Source of the DNA: Chloroflexota bacterium
GTDB taxonomy: Bacteria; Chloroflexota; UBA11872; VXOZ01
NCBI GenBank assembly: GCA_963662335.2
Contig: CAXXVD010000005.1
Coordinates: forward strand, 160,001 to 224,000
Length of the DNA: 64,000 nucleotides
Direction of reading: 5' to 3'
Below are positions 18,880 through 28,602 of the stretch, piece by piece. A program made the translations under genes and the position numbers. How positions within the stretch are numbered: position 1 is the first letter of the stretch; the number at the start of each line of letters is the position of its first letter. The notes under the pieces are model-generated. The model saw only the letters and a program-made list of their open reading frames with translations. It searched no databases and was not told the DNA's origin.

Positions 18880-19887
18880 TCACGCCTGTTCCCAGGCCGC
18901 GAGGTTCTGCTCGGCAAATTCGCGGTAGAACAGCACGTAACTCCGGTAGCGGCGCGGAGACATGGCCCCATCCGCTTGCGCGGCGCGCACGGCGCAGCCC
19001 GGTTCGTCACGATGGGAGCAATCGCGAAAGCGGCACTGCCCAAAGAGCGCGCGGATTTCCGGAAAGAACTGGGCGAGGTCCTCAGGCAAGATGTTCCACA
19101 CGGCCAGTTTGCGCAGACCGGGCGTATCCATGACCAACGTCTCGGCGTCGAGGCTCACGGTCTCCGCCCGCGTCGTGACGTGGCGGCCCTCGCCTTTCGC
19201 GTCAACCGCCCCGGTCGGCAGCGCGGCGTCCGCGGCCAGGCAATTGATGAGGGAGGACTTGCCAACACCCGAGACGCCGCTGAAGACCGAACGCGCGCCG
19301 TGCACCTGCGCGCGCAAGGACGTGATACCGGCGCCGGTGAGGGCGCTGGTGGTGAGTGTCGTGTAACCGAGGCGCTCATATCGCGTTAGCTCTTCCGCAA
19401 TCTCAGGCGGGACGCCCCGGTCGCTCTTGTTCAGCACGATGAGCGCGGGCAGCGTGTGGTGCTCGGCAATCACCAGGTAGCGGTCGAGCAGCGTGAAGTC
19501 GGGCGGCGGCTCCGCCGCCGACAGCACGATCACCACCTGGTCCACGTTTGCCGCCAGCACGTGGACGCGCTTGCTCTCAGGCGCCTGGCGCACCAGGCCG
19601 CGCGTCTCGTCTCCCTCCTGCAGGATCTCTTCGATAACGCCCGTGTCCGGCCCCAGCGGCCGTATACGCACTAGGTCGCCGACGCTCACCGGCGAGCGCG
19701 TCTGGGTGGGCTGCACCCGCTGCACGCGCGGCGCGCGGCTCTTGCTGGTGGAGTAGACCAGTTGTTTGCGCAATTTGCCCCGCAGCGTGCAGCGAAACGT
19801 GCCGCCGGCGGTCTTAACCAGGCATTCCCCGCGTGCAATCCGCAGGACTGTGCCCTCGTGAGTCCGGTGACCGCGCCCGGCGCTCAT
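18880..19887 (-). CDS. rsgA: Ribosome small subunit-dependent GTPase A
   Basis: AANVD, NKSD, GVSGVGKSS, GRHVTT, DTPG and CRFRDCSHRDEPGCAV motifs. Confidence 0.94.
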   Translation of the reverse strand: MSAGRGHRTHEGTVLRIARGECLVKTAGGTFRCTLRGKLRKQLVYSTSKSRAPRVQRVQPTQTRSPVSVGDLVRIRPLGPDTGVIEEILQEGDETRGLVRQAPESKRVHVLAANVDQVVIVLSAAEPPPDFTLLDRYLVIAEHHTLPALIVLNKSDRGVPPEIAEELTRYERLGYTTLTTSALTGAGITSLRAQVHGARSVFSGVSGVGKSSLINCLAADAALPTGAVDAKGEGRHVTTRAETVSLDAETLVMDTPGLRKLAVWNILPEDLAQFFPEIRALFGQCRFRDCSHRDEPGCAVRAAQADGAMSPRRYRSYVLFYREFAEQNLAAWEQA

Positions 19888-20014
19888 TGCGCCGCGCCCG
19901 CCGCGCCGCGCGGCGCACAGGCGGCATAGAACCAAAAAGACCGGCATCCTGGTGCGGATGTCGGTCTCGTGTCAGTGAAGGGTGACGGCGCGCGCATGGG
20001 GCTACGGCTCGCAG

Positions 20015-21469
20015 CTAGGCTTCGGCCACCGGCGAAGATTGCGCCGCCGGTTTTTCCGGTGAGAGCTCTCCCGATGGCGCCGCCTCCGGTTCCGCGTCCA
20101 CGGTAACTTCCTCTATGGTAATCGTCTCTTTCAGGAAGTCGATCGTCTTGCGCATGCGCAGGTTCATGGCAATGTTCGTCCGCGACGCATCGCTGTTCAA
20201 GTACTGCTGCATCTGCTGCAAGCGCGCTTGGATTTCATCCTTCGACGGCTGCTTCTCGGTGACGATTCGCCCGGTCGGCTGTTCCTGCTGCGCCATCTGG
20301 AAGCGGTAGTTCGCCATGTTTTGCTCGACTTCGCCGTCGATCTCTTCTTTCGGCACCGAGATTTCCTCCGCGCTCGCTACCGCGTCGAGCGCGATGAAGT
20401 TGCGCACCATACTCTCGGCCCGCTCCTGCAAGCGCTGCTTCCACTCCTCCTCAGAGAGGTTGAGCATCTGCAGGTAGTACTGCTTGGGGATGCCGCGCTG
20501 CGCCGCCTCGAAGGCTTCGCGCTGCTCCAGCCGCTGCGCTTGCTCCTCGATGAGCACGTCGGGCACCTCGAACGTGGAACCGTTGACGAGTTCCTGCACC
20601 AAGGTGTTCTCCGCCTGCTGTTCGGCGTCCTGCGCGGCGCGTTCTTCCAAACGCTTGCGCACGTCCGCGCGCAGGTCAGCGATCGTTTCGAATTCCCCCG
20701 TAGCTTGGGCCAGTTCATCGGTGAGGCCCAAGAGCCGCTTCTGGCTGACGCCGCGCACCGCAATCTCGAAGTCGGCCGAGCGGCCGCGCACGGCTTCCAC
20801 CGGATAGTCGTCCGGCAGCAGGAGGATGAAAGAACGCTCCTGCCCGGCAACCATACCCAAGGCGGCTTCGTCGAAACCCTCCGGCAGCGTGTTTTCACCG
20901 ATGATTATGCTGGAGCCGGGGGCATTATTGATAACGCGGCCTTCCACGCTGATGCGCAAGTCCAGCTTCACGCGGTCGCCGCTCGCGACCGGACGCTCCA
21001 CGTCATCCCATTGGACAAGCTGCTGCTCCAGGCTTTCGACCACCGTCAGGACGTCCGTATCGGTGACGCGCCGCTTCTCCTTGGTAATGCGAATGGCGCG
21101 GTAGTCGCCGGACTCAACCGTGGGCTTTACGGGCACGGTGGCGGCGAACGACACCGGCTGCTCTCTTTCGGCTTGCAGCATTTCGAGTTGCGGCGCGCCA
21201 ACCGGCTGGACTTCCGTCTGCTTCAGCGCTTCCGCGTACGCCGCCGGCACAAGTCGATCGAGGGCCTCGCGGAAGACCGTCTCCACGCCGGCGTGGCGCT
21301 CGACCAAGGCTTGCGGCGCGCGGCCGCGGCGGAAACCGGCAATGTTGACCTTGTCGCTGACACGGCGCACGGCGCGCTTATACGCCGTTTCCACCTCTGC
21401 CAGCGGCACTTCCACCGTAAGCTTGACCTGGCTCTTCTCAAGCGTTTCCGACGTTACCGTAATCTCCAT
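20015..21469 (-). CDS. tig: Trigger factor
   Basis: Ribosome-binding signature IAGFRRGRAP; FKBP-like PEGFDEAALGM; length 484 aa. Confidence 0.93.
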   Translation of the reverse strand: MEITVTSETLEKSQVKLTVEVPLAEVETAYKRAVRRVSDKVNIAGFRRGRAPQALVERHAGVETVFREALDRLVPAAYAEALKQTEVQPVGAPQLEMLQAEREQPVSFAATVPVKPTVESGDYRAIRITKEKRRVTDTDVLTVVESLEQQLVQWDDVERPVASGDRVKLDLRISVEGRVINNAPGSSIIIGENTLPEGFDEAALGMVAGQERSFILLLPDDYPVEAVRGRSADFEIAVRGVSQKRLLGLTDELAQATGEFETIADLRADVRKRLEERAAQDAEQQAENTLVQELVNGSTFEVPDVLIEEQAQRLEQREAFEAAQRGIPKQYYLQMLNLSEEEWKQRLQERAESMVRNFIALDAVASAEEISVPKEEIDGEVEQNMANYRFQMAQQEQPTGRIVTEKQPSKDEIQARLQQMQQYLNSDASRTNIAMNLRMRKTIDFLKETITIEEVTVDAEPEAAPSGELSPEKPAAQSSPVAEA

Positions 21470-21614
21470 TGCCGTGTGTGCTCTCCCTTACCGCAACACC
21501 GCTGCGCGCAAACACAAGGCGCAGGGAACCAACCCCGCGCTGCCGGAGACGGGAAAGGCCGCTGCGCGCGCAGGCATCGACCTCTCGCGGCCTCAGCCGC
21601 GACGCATCTATGGC

Positions 21615-21649
21615 AAAAAAAGAGGCGCGGCCGGAGCAGCGCTCTCTTT
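21615..21649 (-). terminator. Intrinsic terminator downstream of tRNA-Gly
   Basis: AGAGAGCGC...GCGCCTCT stem followed by a T-run on the minus strand. Confidence 0.55.
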
Positions 21650-21680
21650 CACCAACGTCGGCGTTTTGTGAGCCGCCGGG

Positions 21681-21752
21681 AGCGGAAGACGGGATTCGAA
21701 CCCGTGACCCTCACCTTGGCAAGGTGATGCTCTACCACTGAGCCACTTCCGC
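21681..21752 (-). tRNA. tRNA-Gly(GCC)
   Basis: Cloverleaf GCGGAAG...CTTCCGC, anticodon arm TCACC-TTGCCAA-GGTGA, T-loop TTCGAAT; CCA not encoded. Confidence 0.96.
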
Positions 21753-21770
21753 ATTGCTTCATTCGCCCCC

Positions 21771-21799
21771 ATTATAGCGAGTAGAAAAGTTCTTGGCAA
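21771..21799 (-). promoter_or_regulatory. Sigma70 promoter of tRNA-Gly
   Basis: TTGCCA-17 nt-TATAAT. Confidence 0.75.
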
Positions 21800-21939
21800 G
21801 ACATAGGCGCACAAATGGATTCTTGGCCCTTCCGTGCGCTCTACGTCTGCCTGCCCCGAGCGTATCGAAGGGTCGAACAGCGGCTCCGCATGGAACGACG
21901 TATTCATGAGACGCCGTCTCGTTCCTCTTCCTGCGCACT

Positions 21940-21969
21940 TTGACAGCCGGGCAAGTCCATTGCTACACT
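21940..21969 (+). promoter_or_regulatory. Sigma70-type promoter of the isomerase-dehydrogenase pair
   Basis: TTGACA-18 nt-TACACT with extended TG. Confidence 0.6.
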
Positions 21970-22018
21970 TGCCACGAGCCAAATCTGCCCGCTTGCAGAA
22001 CGGAGGGATCGCGCCGGC

Positions 22019-22954
22019 ATGGAGAGACACTGGAGCTACTACATGCACCTGGGATTCGTGCATTTCATGCTCTTTCCGGAGGTGATGGGCGGTGACGGAC
22101 CCATAATCGAATCGCTGCGTCACCTTACGGCAGACGACTTCTTCCAGGTAGCCGAGATTACCCACATCGCCGATCCCGCCGTCGCCAAGGAAGCCAAGGC
22201 GTTGAGCGAAACAACCAAGCTCAACCTCGGCTTTGGCGTGCAGCCCATCCTCCTGCGCAATCAACTAAACCTCGCCAGCCTGGATGAATCGCACCGCCAG
22301 GCCGTGGTCACGCGCGTCAAAGAAGCCGTGGACGAAGCCTACGCCATGGGCACCCGCGTGCTTGGCCTCTTCGACGGTCCTTCATCGTACCCCGGCGAAG
22401 AGTATAAAGACCAGGCCTTGCGCGCGTTTGCCGAGTCGCTCAAGGAAATCTGCGCCTACGCCGAGCGGCAGCGCACCGACTACACGCTCTGGATTTCGCT
22501 GGAGCAGTTCGACCGGGACGTGGACAAGAAGAGCCTGGTCGGCCCCATCGAGGACACGCTGCCCCTCTGCCAGGACGTGCGCGCCCAGTGCGGCAACTTT
22601 GGGCTGCTGGTGGACCAAGGACACCTGCCGCTGCTGGGCGAAACGCCGCAAGGCACGCTCTCGGCGGCGCGCGAGTATCTGGGCCACATCCACCTGGGCA
22701 GTTGCGTCAAGAAGCCGGGTCACGCCCTCTACGGCGACCAACATCCCCGCTTCGGACACGAGGACGGCGAGAACGACACGGCGGAGCTTACTGAGTTCCT
22801 CCGCACGCTGTTCGAGATCGGCTATTTCGACATGGACGTGCCCACGGAGAAACCGCTCTGCACCTTCGAGTTGAAACCCGCCCCCGGCGAGGATTCCCTT
22901 TCCCTCATGGCAAACGCCAAGCGGACGTTCCAGGCGGCCTGGGCGCAACTCTAG
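22019..22954 (+). CDS. Sugar phosphate isomerase/epimerase (xylose isomerase-like TIM barrel)
   Basis: Metal-ligand pattern SLEQFD, LVDQGH, HIHLG, FELKP. Confidence 0.75.
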   Translation: MERHWSYYMHLGFVHFMLFPEVMGGDGPIIESLRHLTADDFFQVAEITHIADPAVAKEAKALSETTKLNLGFGVQPILLRNQLNLASLDESHRQAVVTRVKEAVDEAYAMGTRVLGLFDGPSSYPGEEYKDQALRAFAESLKEICAYAERQRTDYTLWISLEQFDRDVDKKSLVGPIEDTLPLCQDVRAQCGNFGLLVDQGHLPLLGETPQGTLSAAREYLGHIHLGSCVKKPGHALYGDQHPRFGHEDGENDTAELTEFLRTLFEIGYFDMDVPTEKPLCTFELKPAPGEDSLSLMANAKRTFQAAWAQL

Positions 22955-22988
22955 ACACGACCGAGCACCTAGAAAGAGCAAGGAAACC

Positions 22989-23969
22989 ATGCAGCCGAAA
23001 GTCTACGTCACCCGCCGGATACCGGAGTCCGGTATCGAGCTTCTCCAGCAGTCGTGCGCCGTGGAGATTTGGGATAGCGACGAGGTCATGCCGCGCGACA
23101 CGTTTCTCGCGGCGGTCGCCGGCAGGGACGCCGTGCTCTGTCTGCTCACCGATAAAGTCGACGCCGAGACCATGGACGTGGCCAAGAACGTGAAGATCTT
23201 CGCCAACATGGCGGTAGGCTTCGACAACATCGACGTGCCGGAGTGCACCAAGCGCGGCATCATGGCGAGCAACACGCCGGGCGTCCTCACCGACACCACC
23301 GCCGACTTTGCGTTCACATTGCTCATGGCGGCGGCGCGCCGCATCCGCGAGGCGCACGAGTACGTCCACGCGAGCAAGTGGACGACGTGGGGCCCGCTGC
23401 TCCTCATGGGCCAGGACATCCATCACGCCACGCTCGGCCTGATTGGGCTGGGGCGCATTGGCGCGGAAATGGCCCGGCGCGGGCAGGGTTTCTCCATGCG
23501 CGTGCTCTACAACGACATCGTGCGGCGGGAGGACCTGGAACAGGAACTCGGCCTGGAGTACGCCGACTTCGAGACGGTTCTGAAGGAATCCGACTTCGTG
23601 AGCCTGCACGTGCCCTACATGCCCGCCACGCATCATCTCGTCAGCACGGCGGAACTTGCCCTTATGAAGCAGTCGGCGGTGCTGATCAATACGGCGCGCG
23701 GCGCAATCGTCGACCCGCAGGCGCTCTACGCGGCGCTGTCGTCAGGCGAGATTTGGGCGGCGGGGCTGGACGTTACCGAGCCGGAGCCGATTCCGATGGA
23801 CGACCCGCTGCTGACGCTGGACAATTGCCTGGTCGTGCCCCACATCGCCAGCGCCAGCTTCAACACCCGCAGCGACATGTCCGAACTTGCCGCGAACAAC
23901 ATCCTGGCCGCGCTCGCCGGGGAACGGCCTCCCACCATCCTCAATCCTGAGGTGCTGGAGAACGGCTAG
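22989..23969 (+). CDS. D-glycerate dehydrogenase / glyoxylate reductase
   Basis: AVGFDNID, NTPGVLTDTTAD, GLGRIG, INTARG, GLDV and PHIAS motifs. Confidence 0.9.
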   Translation: MQPKVYVTRRIPESGIELLQQSCAVEIWDSDEVMPRDTFLAAVAGRDAVLCLLTDKVDAETMDVAKNVKIFANMAVGFDNIDVPECTKRGIMASNTPGVLTDTTADFAFTLLMAAARRIREAHEYVHASKWTTWGPLLLMGQDIHHATLGLIGLGRIGAEMARRGQGFSMRVLYNDIVRREDLEQELGLEYADFETVLKESDFVSLHVPYMPATHHLVSTAELALMKQSAVLINTARGAIVDPQALYAALSSGEIWAAGLDVTEPEPIPMDDPLLTLDNCLVVPHIASASFNTRSDMSELAANNILAALAGERPPTILNPEVLENG

Positions 23970-24006
23970 GCCGCGGCTACCGGTGGCTACCTGAATCCGT
24001 GCTTCC

Positions 24007-24068
24007 AGATTCTTCGCTTCCCGGCCGGTAATGACAACTCACGTCATTCCGAGCGCAGCGAGGAATCT
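24007..24068. repeat. GTCATTCCGAGC-type inverted repeat between convergent genes
   Basis: AGATTCTTCGCT...AATGAC / GTCATTCCGAGCGCAGCGAGGAATCT; partial copy at 41426-41443. Confidence 0.6.
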
Positions 24069-24130
24069 ATAGCGCAGCGCGGAACGGGGAGCAGCCGCAC
24101 GTAGTGCCGCGCCACAATCCCGCGGTTCAT

Positions 24131-25318
24131 TCAAGAGCGGGTGCTATCCTCAGCCGACTGCGTCTTCCAGGGCAACACGCGCAACCGCGCCCGCGCCGGC
24201 ACGCGAATCACCGGCGGCATGGCGTAGGTCTTCACGCGGCTGTGCACCGCGATGCTTTGCAGCAGGCCGATGCCAATGAAGAGCGCCAGCAGGGCGCTGC
24301 CGCCGTATGACAAGAACGGTAACGGGATCCCGGTCACGGGCAGGAGCCCGATGATCATACCCACGTTGACAAACGTCTGCAAAAATATGAGCGTCGTCAC
24401 GCCAACCGCAAGGTTCTGGCCGAAGTGGTCGCGGGAGTTTGTGGCAATCAACGTCGCGCGCATGAGCAGCACCAAGAACAGCCCCAGCACGAGCGCGCTG
24501 CCCACGAAACCCAGTTCCTCGGCCAGCACGGCAAAGACGAAGTCCTTGTGCTGCACGCGCAGGTACTCCAGTTGCGTTTGCGAGCCCTGGAAGAGTCCCC
24601 GGCCCCATAGTTCCCCCGCCCCTACGCTGATCTGCGCCTGGAGCACGTTGTAGCCGGCGCCGAACGGGTCTGCCGCCGGATCGAGATACGTGGCGATGCG
24701 CTCCCACATGTACTCGCGTATCGTGATGACTTGCAGGAAGACGGCGGACAGCAAGCCGACGGCCACGCCGACCAGATACCGCAGCGGCACTCCCGCCATG
24801 AAGACCATGCCCGCCCAAATCCCGAGAAACATCACCGTGGTGCCGAGGTCCGGCTCTCGGAAAACCAGGAAGGCCGGCACGGCGGCAATGACCATGGAGC
24901 CAAAGAAGTACCGTATGTCTTGCACGCGGTGCGGTCCGGCGCTGAGGTAGTGCGCCAGCGCCACGATCAGGGCAATCTTCGCCAACTCCGAAGGCTGCAC
25001 GGAGAAGGGGCCCAGCAAGAACCACCGCTGGGAACCGCCGATAGAGACCCCGGCGATGAGCACCGCCAGCAGCAGGAGGACGGCAGCGCCGTAGCCAATC
25101 CATGCCAAGCCGCCCAGCCACCGGTAGTTTAGCCGTGGGGCCACGGTGAGGATAACGACGCCCACGCCGAGGAACACGCTCTGCTTGATGACGTCCACCG
25201 ACGCCCCGGACTCGTCAAGCGTCGCGCTGTGAATGAGCACGACGCCGACTGCCCCCAGCGCGAGCGCGGCGGCCGTTAGCCAGTAGTCGTAGAGTCTCCA
25301 CTTGCGTATGGCAATCAT
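24131..25318 (-). CDS. rodA: Rod shape-determining protein RodA (SEDS)
   Basis: GSQRW, QPSELAK, EPDLGT, DFVFAVLAEELG and GIPLPFLSYGGS motifs. Confidence 0.95.
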   Translation of the reverse strand: MIAIRKWRLYDYWLTAAALALGAVGVVLIHSATLDESGASVDVIKQSVFLGVGVVILTVAPRLNYRWLGGLAWIGYGAAVLLLLAVLIAGVSIGGSQRWFLLGPFSVQPSELAKIALIVALAHYLSAGPHRVQDIRYFFGSMVIAAVPAFLVFREPDLGTTVMFLGIWAGMVFMAGVPLRYLVGVAVGLLSAVFLQVITIREYMWERIATYLDPAADPFGAGYNVLQAQISVGAGELWGRGLFQGSQTQLEYLRVQHKDFVFAVLAEELGFVGSALVLGLFLVLLMRATLIATNSRDHFGQNLAVGVTTLIFLQTFVNVGMIIGLLPVTGIPLPFLSYGGSALLALFIGIGLLQSIAVHSRVKTYAMPPVIRVPARARLRVLPWKTQSAEDSTRS

Positions 25319-25319
25319 G

Positions 25320-27173
25320 CTATTGCCGCGCGCTCCTGGCGGAAGTGAAGTAGTGGCGGGTCAGTTCATCCGCAATCGGGGCCGCGAATTCGGAACCCTC
25401 ACCGGCGCCGTAGAGCACCACGGCAAAGGCAATCTCGGGTTCGTCAAACGGCGCAAACCCGGTAAACAAGGCGTGAGTCGGCAGGTATCCCTCCGCGTCG
25501 CGAGGCCCGGGAAACTCTGCCGTACCGGTCTTGCCGGCGATGCCGTGCGGATTGGCCTTGATCCGAATTGCCGTTCCGCCCACCACCACGTCGCGCATCG
25601 CGTTGCGGATTACGGCGAGCACATTTGAAGAGAAAGGCAAACGGCGCGCCACTCGCGGTTCGATGGGCCGTGCCTGCGCATCGTCGGCCCCGTGTATCTC
25701 AGCGGCCACCCTAGGATACATCACATTGCCTCCGTTTGCAATGGCCGCGGTAAAATTCGCCAACTGCAACGGGGTGCACAAGACGTCGCCTTGCCCAATG
25801 GCCGTATTGTAGGAATCGCCCTGAAACCACTGTTCCTGCTTCAGGCGCAGCTTGCGCTCAGGAGTTGGCATCAGGCCCTCCTGTTCGCCGGGCAGGTCGA
25901 TGCCCGTGGGCAGCCCAAAGCCGCTGGCGGTAGCGGCGCGCGCCAGCGCCTCCGGCCCTAGCCCGTCGAAGCCGGTATAGGGGTTGCCGCCCACAAGGTT
26001 GTAGAAGAAGACGTCGCAGGAGCGCACCAGGGCCTCATAAGCATTGAGGAAACCGTGCCCGCTGCGCTTCCAGCAGCCGAATTCCCAGCCGCCCGGCAGA
26101 ATCAGGCTGCCGCGGCACTCGAACCGCGTTTCCAAGTCCATGTCGTGCCGCTCCAGCCAGTCCCCCAGACTCACCAGCTTGAACGTCGAAGCCGGTGGGT
26201 AGAGACCGCCGATGGTTTGGTTGACCAACGGCCGCGCCGGATCGTTCGCCAATTGCGCGTAGTCGTCATCCGAAATAGAGCGGGCAAAGAGGTTATTGTC
26301 GAACCCCGGCAGGCTCACAAGCGCGCGCACCGCCCCGGTCGCCGCGTCCAGCACAACGACGGCCCCGGACGTCGACTCCGCCGCCGCCAGTCCGTCGCGC
26401 AGCATCTCGGTGACAGCCTCTTGCAAGTCCAGGTCGAGACCCAACACAAGATTCTTGCCGGGCCGGGGAGGCGTTTCATCCAGAACGCGCACCGTGCGGC
26501 CGTACACGTTCACTTCCACTCTCCTTTGACCCTTTTCGCCGCGCAAATCCGTCTCATAGACAGACTCCAGACCCGTAATTCCCACCTGATCGTCCCGTTC
26601 GTAGCCGCGATTCAGGTAGAATTCGGTGCGCTCGTGCGGGATCGGGCCGGTGTACCCCAGAATGTGACCGTTGCTATCTCCCAGCGCGTATTCGCGAACC
26701 GGCCGGCTTTCGGCGGAAATGCCCGGGAGATACGGGTGCTCCTCTTCGACGATCAAGGCAACGTGACGCGGCACGTCGCGTTTGAGGATTGTCGGTTGGT
26801 ACGGACTTTGCAGACCCTGCTCCATCAGCCCCATGAGCGTCGGGGCGGACACGTCAAGCAGCGCCGCCAGCCGCCGCGCGACGTTCTCGCGCTCGTCCCG
26901 CGGCAGATCGATCATGCGCGCTACCACGCTAAAACTGGGCGCGTTGATGGCCGCGCGCTGCTCGCGCCGGTCATAGATGACGCCCCGCAAGGGCTTTACG
27001 GAGAGCACCCGCAGGCTGTTGTTTTGCGCCTGATCGCGCAGCTCCGGCCCGCGGACGATCTGGATGTACCACAGGCGGGCGACAAGCGCGACAAACGAAC
27101 CGAAGAGGACGATGCGCAGCAGGTAGAAGCGAATAGCCTCGCGCCGCGTAAGCCTCCGCTTTTCCTCGGCCAT
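25320..27173 (-). CDS. mrdA: Penicillin-binding protein 2
   Basis: RLWYIQI, RGVIYDR, PASTFK (SxxK), SCD, AGKTGTAE; true start ATG 27173 at the mreD stop. Confidence 0.95.
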   Translation of the reverse strand: MAEEKRRLTRREAIRFYLLRIVLFGSFVALVARLWYIQIVRGPELRDQAQNNSLRVLSVKPLRGVIYDRREQRAAINAPSFSVVARMIDLPRDERENVARRLAALLDVSAPTLMGLMEQGLQSPYQPTILKRDVPRHVALIVEEEHPYLPGISAESRPVREYALGDSNGHILGYTGPIPHERTEFYLNRGYERDDQVGITGLESVYETDLRGEKGQRRVEVNVYGRTVRVLDETPPRPGKNLVLGLDLDLQEAVTEMLRDGLAAAESTSGAVVVLDAATGAVRALVSLPGFDNNLFARSISDDDYAQLANDPARPLVNQTIGGLYPPASTFKLVSLGDWLERHDMDLETRFECRGSLILPGGWEFGCWKRSGHGFLNAYEALVRSCDVFFYNLVGGNPYTGFDGLGPEALARAATASGFGLPTGIDLPGEQEGLMPTPERKLRLKQEQWFQGDSYNTAIGQGDVLCTPLQLANFTAAIANGGNVMYPRVAAEIHGADDAQARPIEPRVARRLPFSSNVLAVIRNAMRDVVVGGTAIRIKANPHGIAGKTGTAEFPGPRDAEGYLPTHALFTGFAPFDEPEIAFAVVLYGAGEGSEFAAPIADELTRHYFTSARSARQ

Positions 27174-27700
27174 CAGCGCCTCCTCGGGTTCGAACGCCGC
27201 GCCGTCTGCGACGACGTCACCTCCAACATGCGAAAGCCCGCCAGGACGACGAGCGGGGCAAAGAGCGCGTTGAGGAGCGCCGCCGGCAGCGCCGTTTGCC
27301 ACAGCATGTCGCCGAACGAAAACCGGTACTCGAACGTCATCAAGAGCGCGCCTATCAAGACGAAGTAGACCATGGCTACCCAAAAGGCCGTTACGACCGC
27401 TAACACGATCCGGTTCGGTTGCACCGCGCTTGCGGCGAATCCCCCCAAGCAGCCGGCAATGGTCAGCGCAAGGGCGCTCAGCCCCCAATGCGCGTCCGAG
27501 AAGACGTCCACCAGGAGTCCGCCCGCAAAGCCCCAGCCGGCGCCGCCGGCCGGCCCGTACCAGAGCGCCAAGAAGGTGACGACTTGCAGCATGGGCAGCC
27601 ACACCACGCCAAAGAGCGGAAAGTGCCAAACCACGCTCGTCTGCACCAAGGCGGTGCAGACCATCAGGACGAAGACGGCCGGGCGCGAGACGTCGTTCAT
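27173..27700 (-). CDS. mreD: Rod shape-determining protein MreD
   Basis: Hydrophobic; WGFAGGLLVDVFS motif; lies between mreC and mrdA. Confidence 0.88.
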   Translation of the reverse strand: MNDVSRPAVFVLMVCTALVQTSVVWHFPLFGVVWLPMLQVVTFLALWYGPAGGAGWGFAGGLLVDVFSDAHWGLSALALTIAGCLGGFAASAVQPNRIVLAVVTAFWVAMVYFVLIGALLMTFEYRFSFGDMLWQTALPAALLNALFAPLVVLAGFRMLEVTSSQTARRSNPRRR

Positions 27701-27702
27701 CG

Positions 27703-28563
27703 CTATTGCCCCGTGAACTCCCGCTCTTCCAGCGGCAGCGGCACGAATTCCGCCACCACCATCACGTGCTCCAACTGCGAGAAATCGACAAACGGCTCGA
27801 TCTCCGCGGTCTGGTACAGTTCGTAGTCCGCCTGCTTCACCTCTACCACCCTGCCGATCACAAGGTCTTTGGGCAGACCCCCGCCCAGCCCGCTCGTCAC
27901 AACCAGGTCGTGCACGTCTAGCTCTTCGGTCTGGAGGATGTAGCGCATCTGCAAGCGCCCTTCAGACGACCCGTACACGTTGCCGAAAGCTCGGCGCGGC
28001 CCGCCCTGCACCACGGCGTTTACCACGCTGGAAGGACTGGTAATGAGTTGCACTTTCGACCAGTGTGAGGCGACTTTGGTAATCTTGCCCACCACGCCGA
28101 GATGGGTCACTACCACCATTCCCTTTTCCAGGCCGTTGCTGCTGCCGCGGTCGATGATGATGACGTCCAGGAGATGAGTCGGGTCTCTGCCAATGACCTG
28201 CGCCGATACGGGATTCCAATCGGAGTGCGCTTGCGCGTAGCCCAGGTGCTCGCGGAGCGTGCGATTCTCGATCTCCGCGCCGCGCAGCCTGGCGACCTCC
28301 GGCAGCAGTTCTTCTACCGTGCGCCGCAGCGCGGCGTTCTCCTCACGCAGATTTCTCGTCTCCTGGAACGACCCCAGCACGTACGCCGCCGCGCCGGTAG
28401 AGGTATCGAGCGCGCGTTGGATAGGCGCGGCAACGAAAGACACGGCGTTCTCCACCGGACGCAGCCAGCCTTGGCGGGAAAGGAAGACGAGCACCACCGC
28501 CGCCACGATCAGCAGCGCCAGCCTGATGACGAGCGCCTGCGGGCGAGTGTTCAAGTCACGCAT
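27703..28563 (-). CDS. mreC: Rod shape-determining protein MreC
   Basis: N-terminal TM, coiled coil, IDRGS..G, GVVGKI, VVTSGLGG motifs. Confidence 0.93.
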   Translation of the reverse strand: MRDLNTRPQALVIRLALLIVAAVVLVFLSRQGWLRPVENAVSFVAAPIQRALDTSTGAAAYVLGSFQETRNLREENAALRRTVEELLPEVARLRGAEIENRTLREHLGYAQAHSDWNPVSAQVIGRDPTHLLDVIIIDRGSSNGLEKGMVVVTHLGVVGKITKVASHWSKVQLITSPSSVVNAVVQGGPRRAFGNVYGSSEGRLQMRYILQTEELDVHDLVVTSGLGGGLPKDLVIGRVVEVKQADYELYQTAEIEPFVDFSQLEHVMVVAEFVPLPLEEREFTGQ

Positions 28564-28602
28564 CGTGTCTCAGCGTCTCCGGCGTCGTCGCCAACACCAA
28601 GA

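Noticed and set aside
27174-27629. N-terminal extension of PBP2 in the ORF track
   Set aside because: Overlaps mreD in another frame; the PBP2-like sequence starts at 27173
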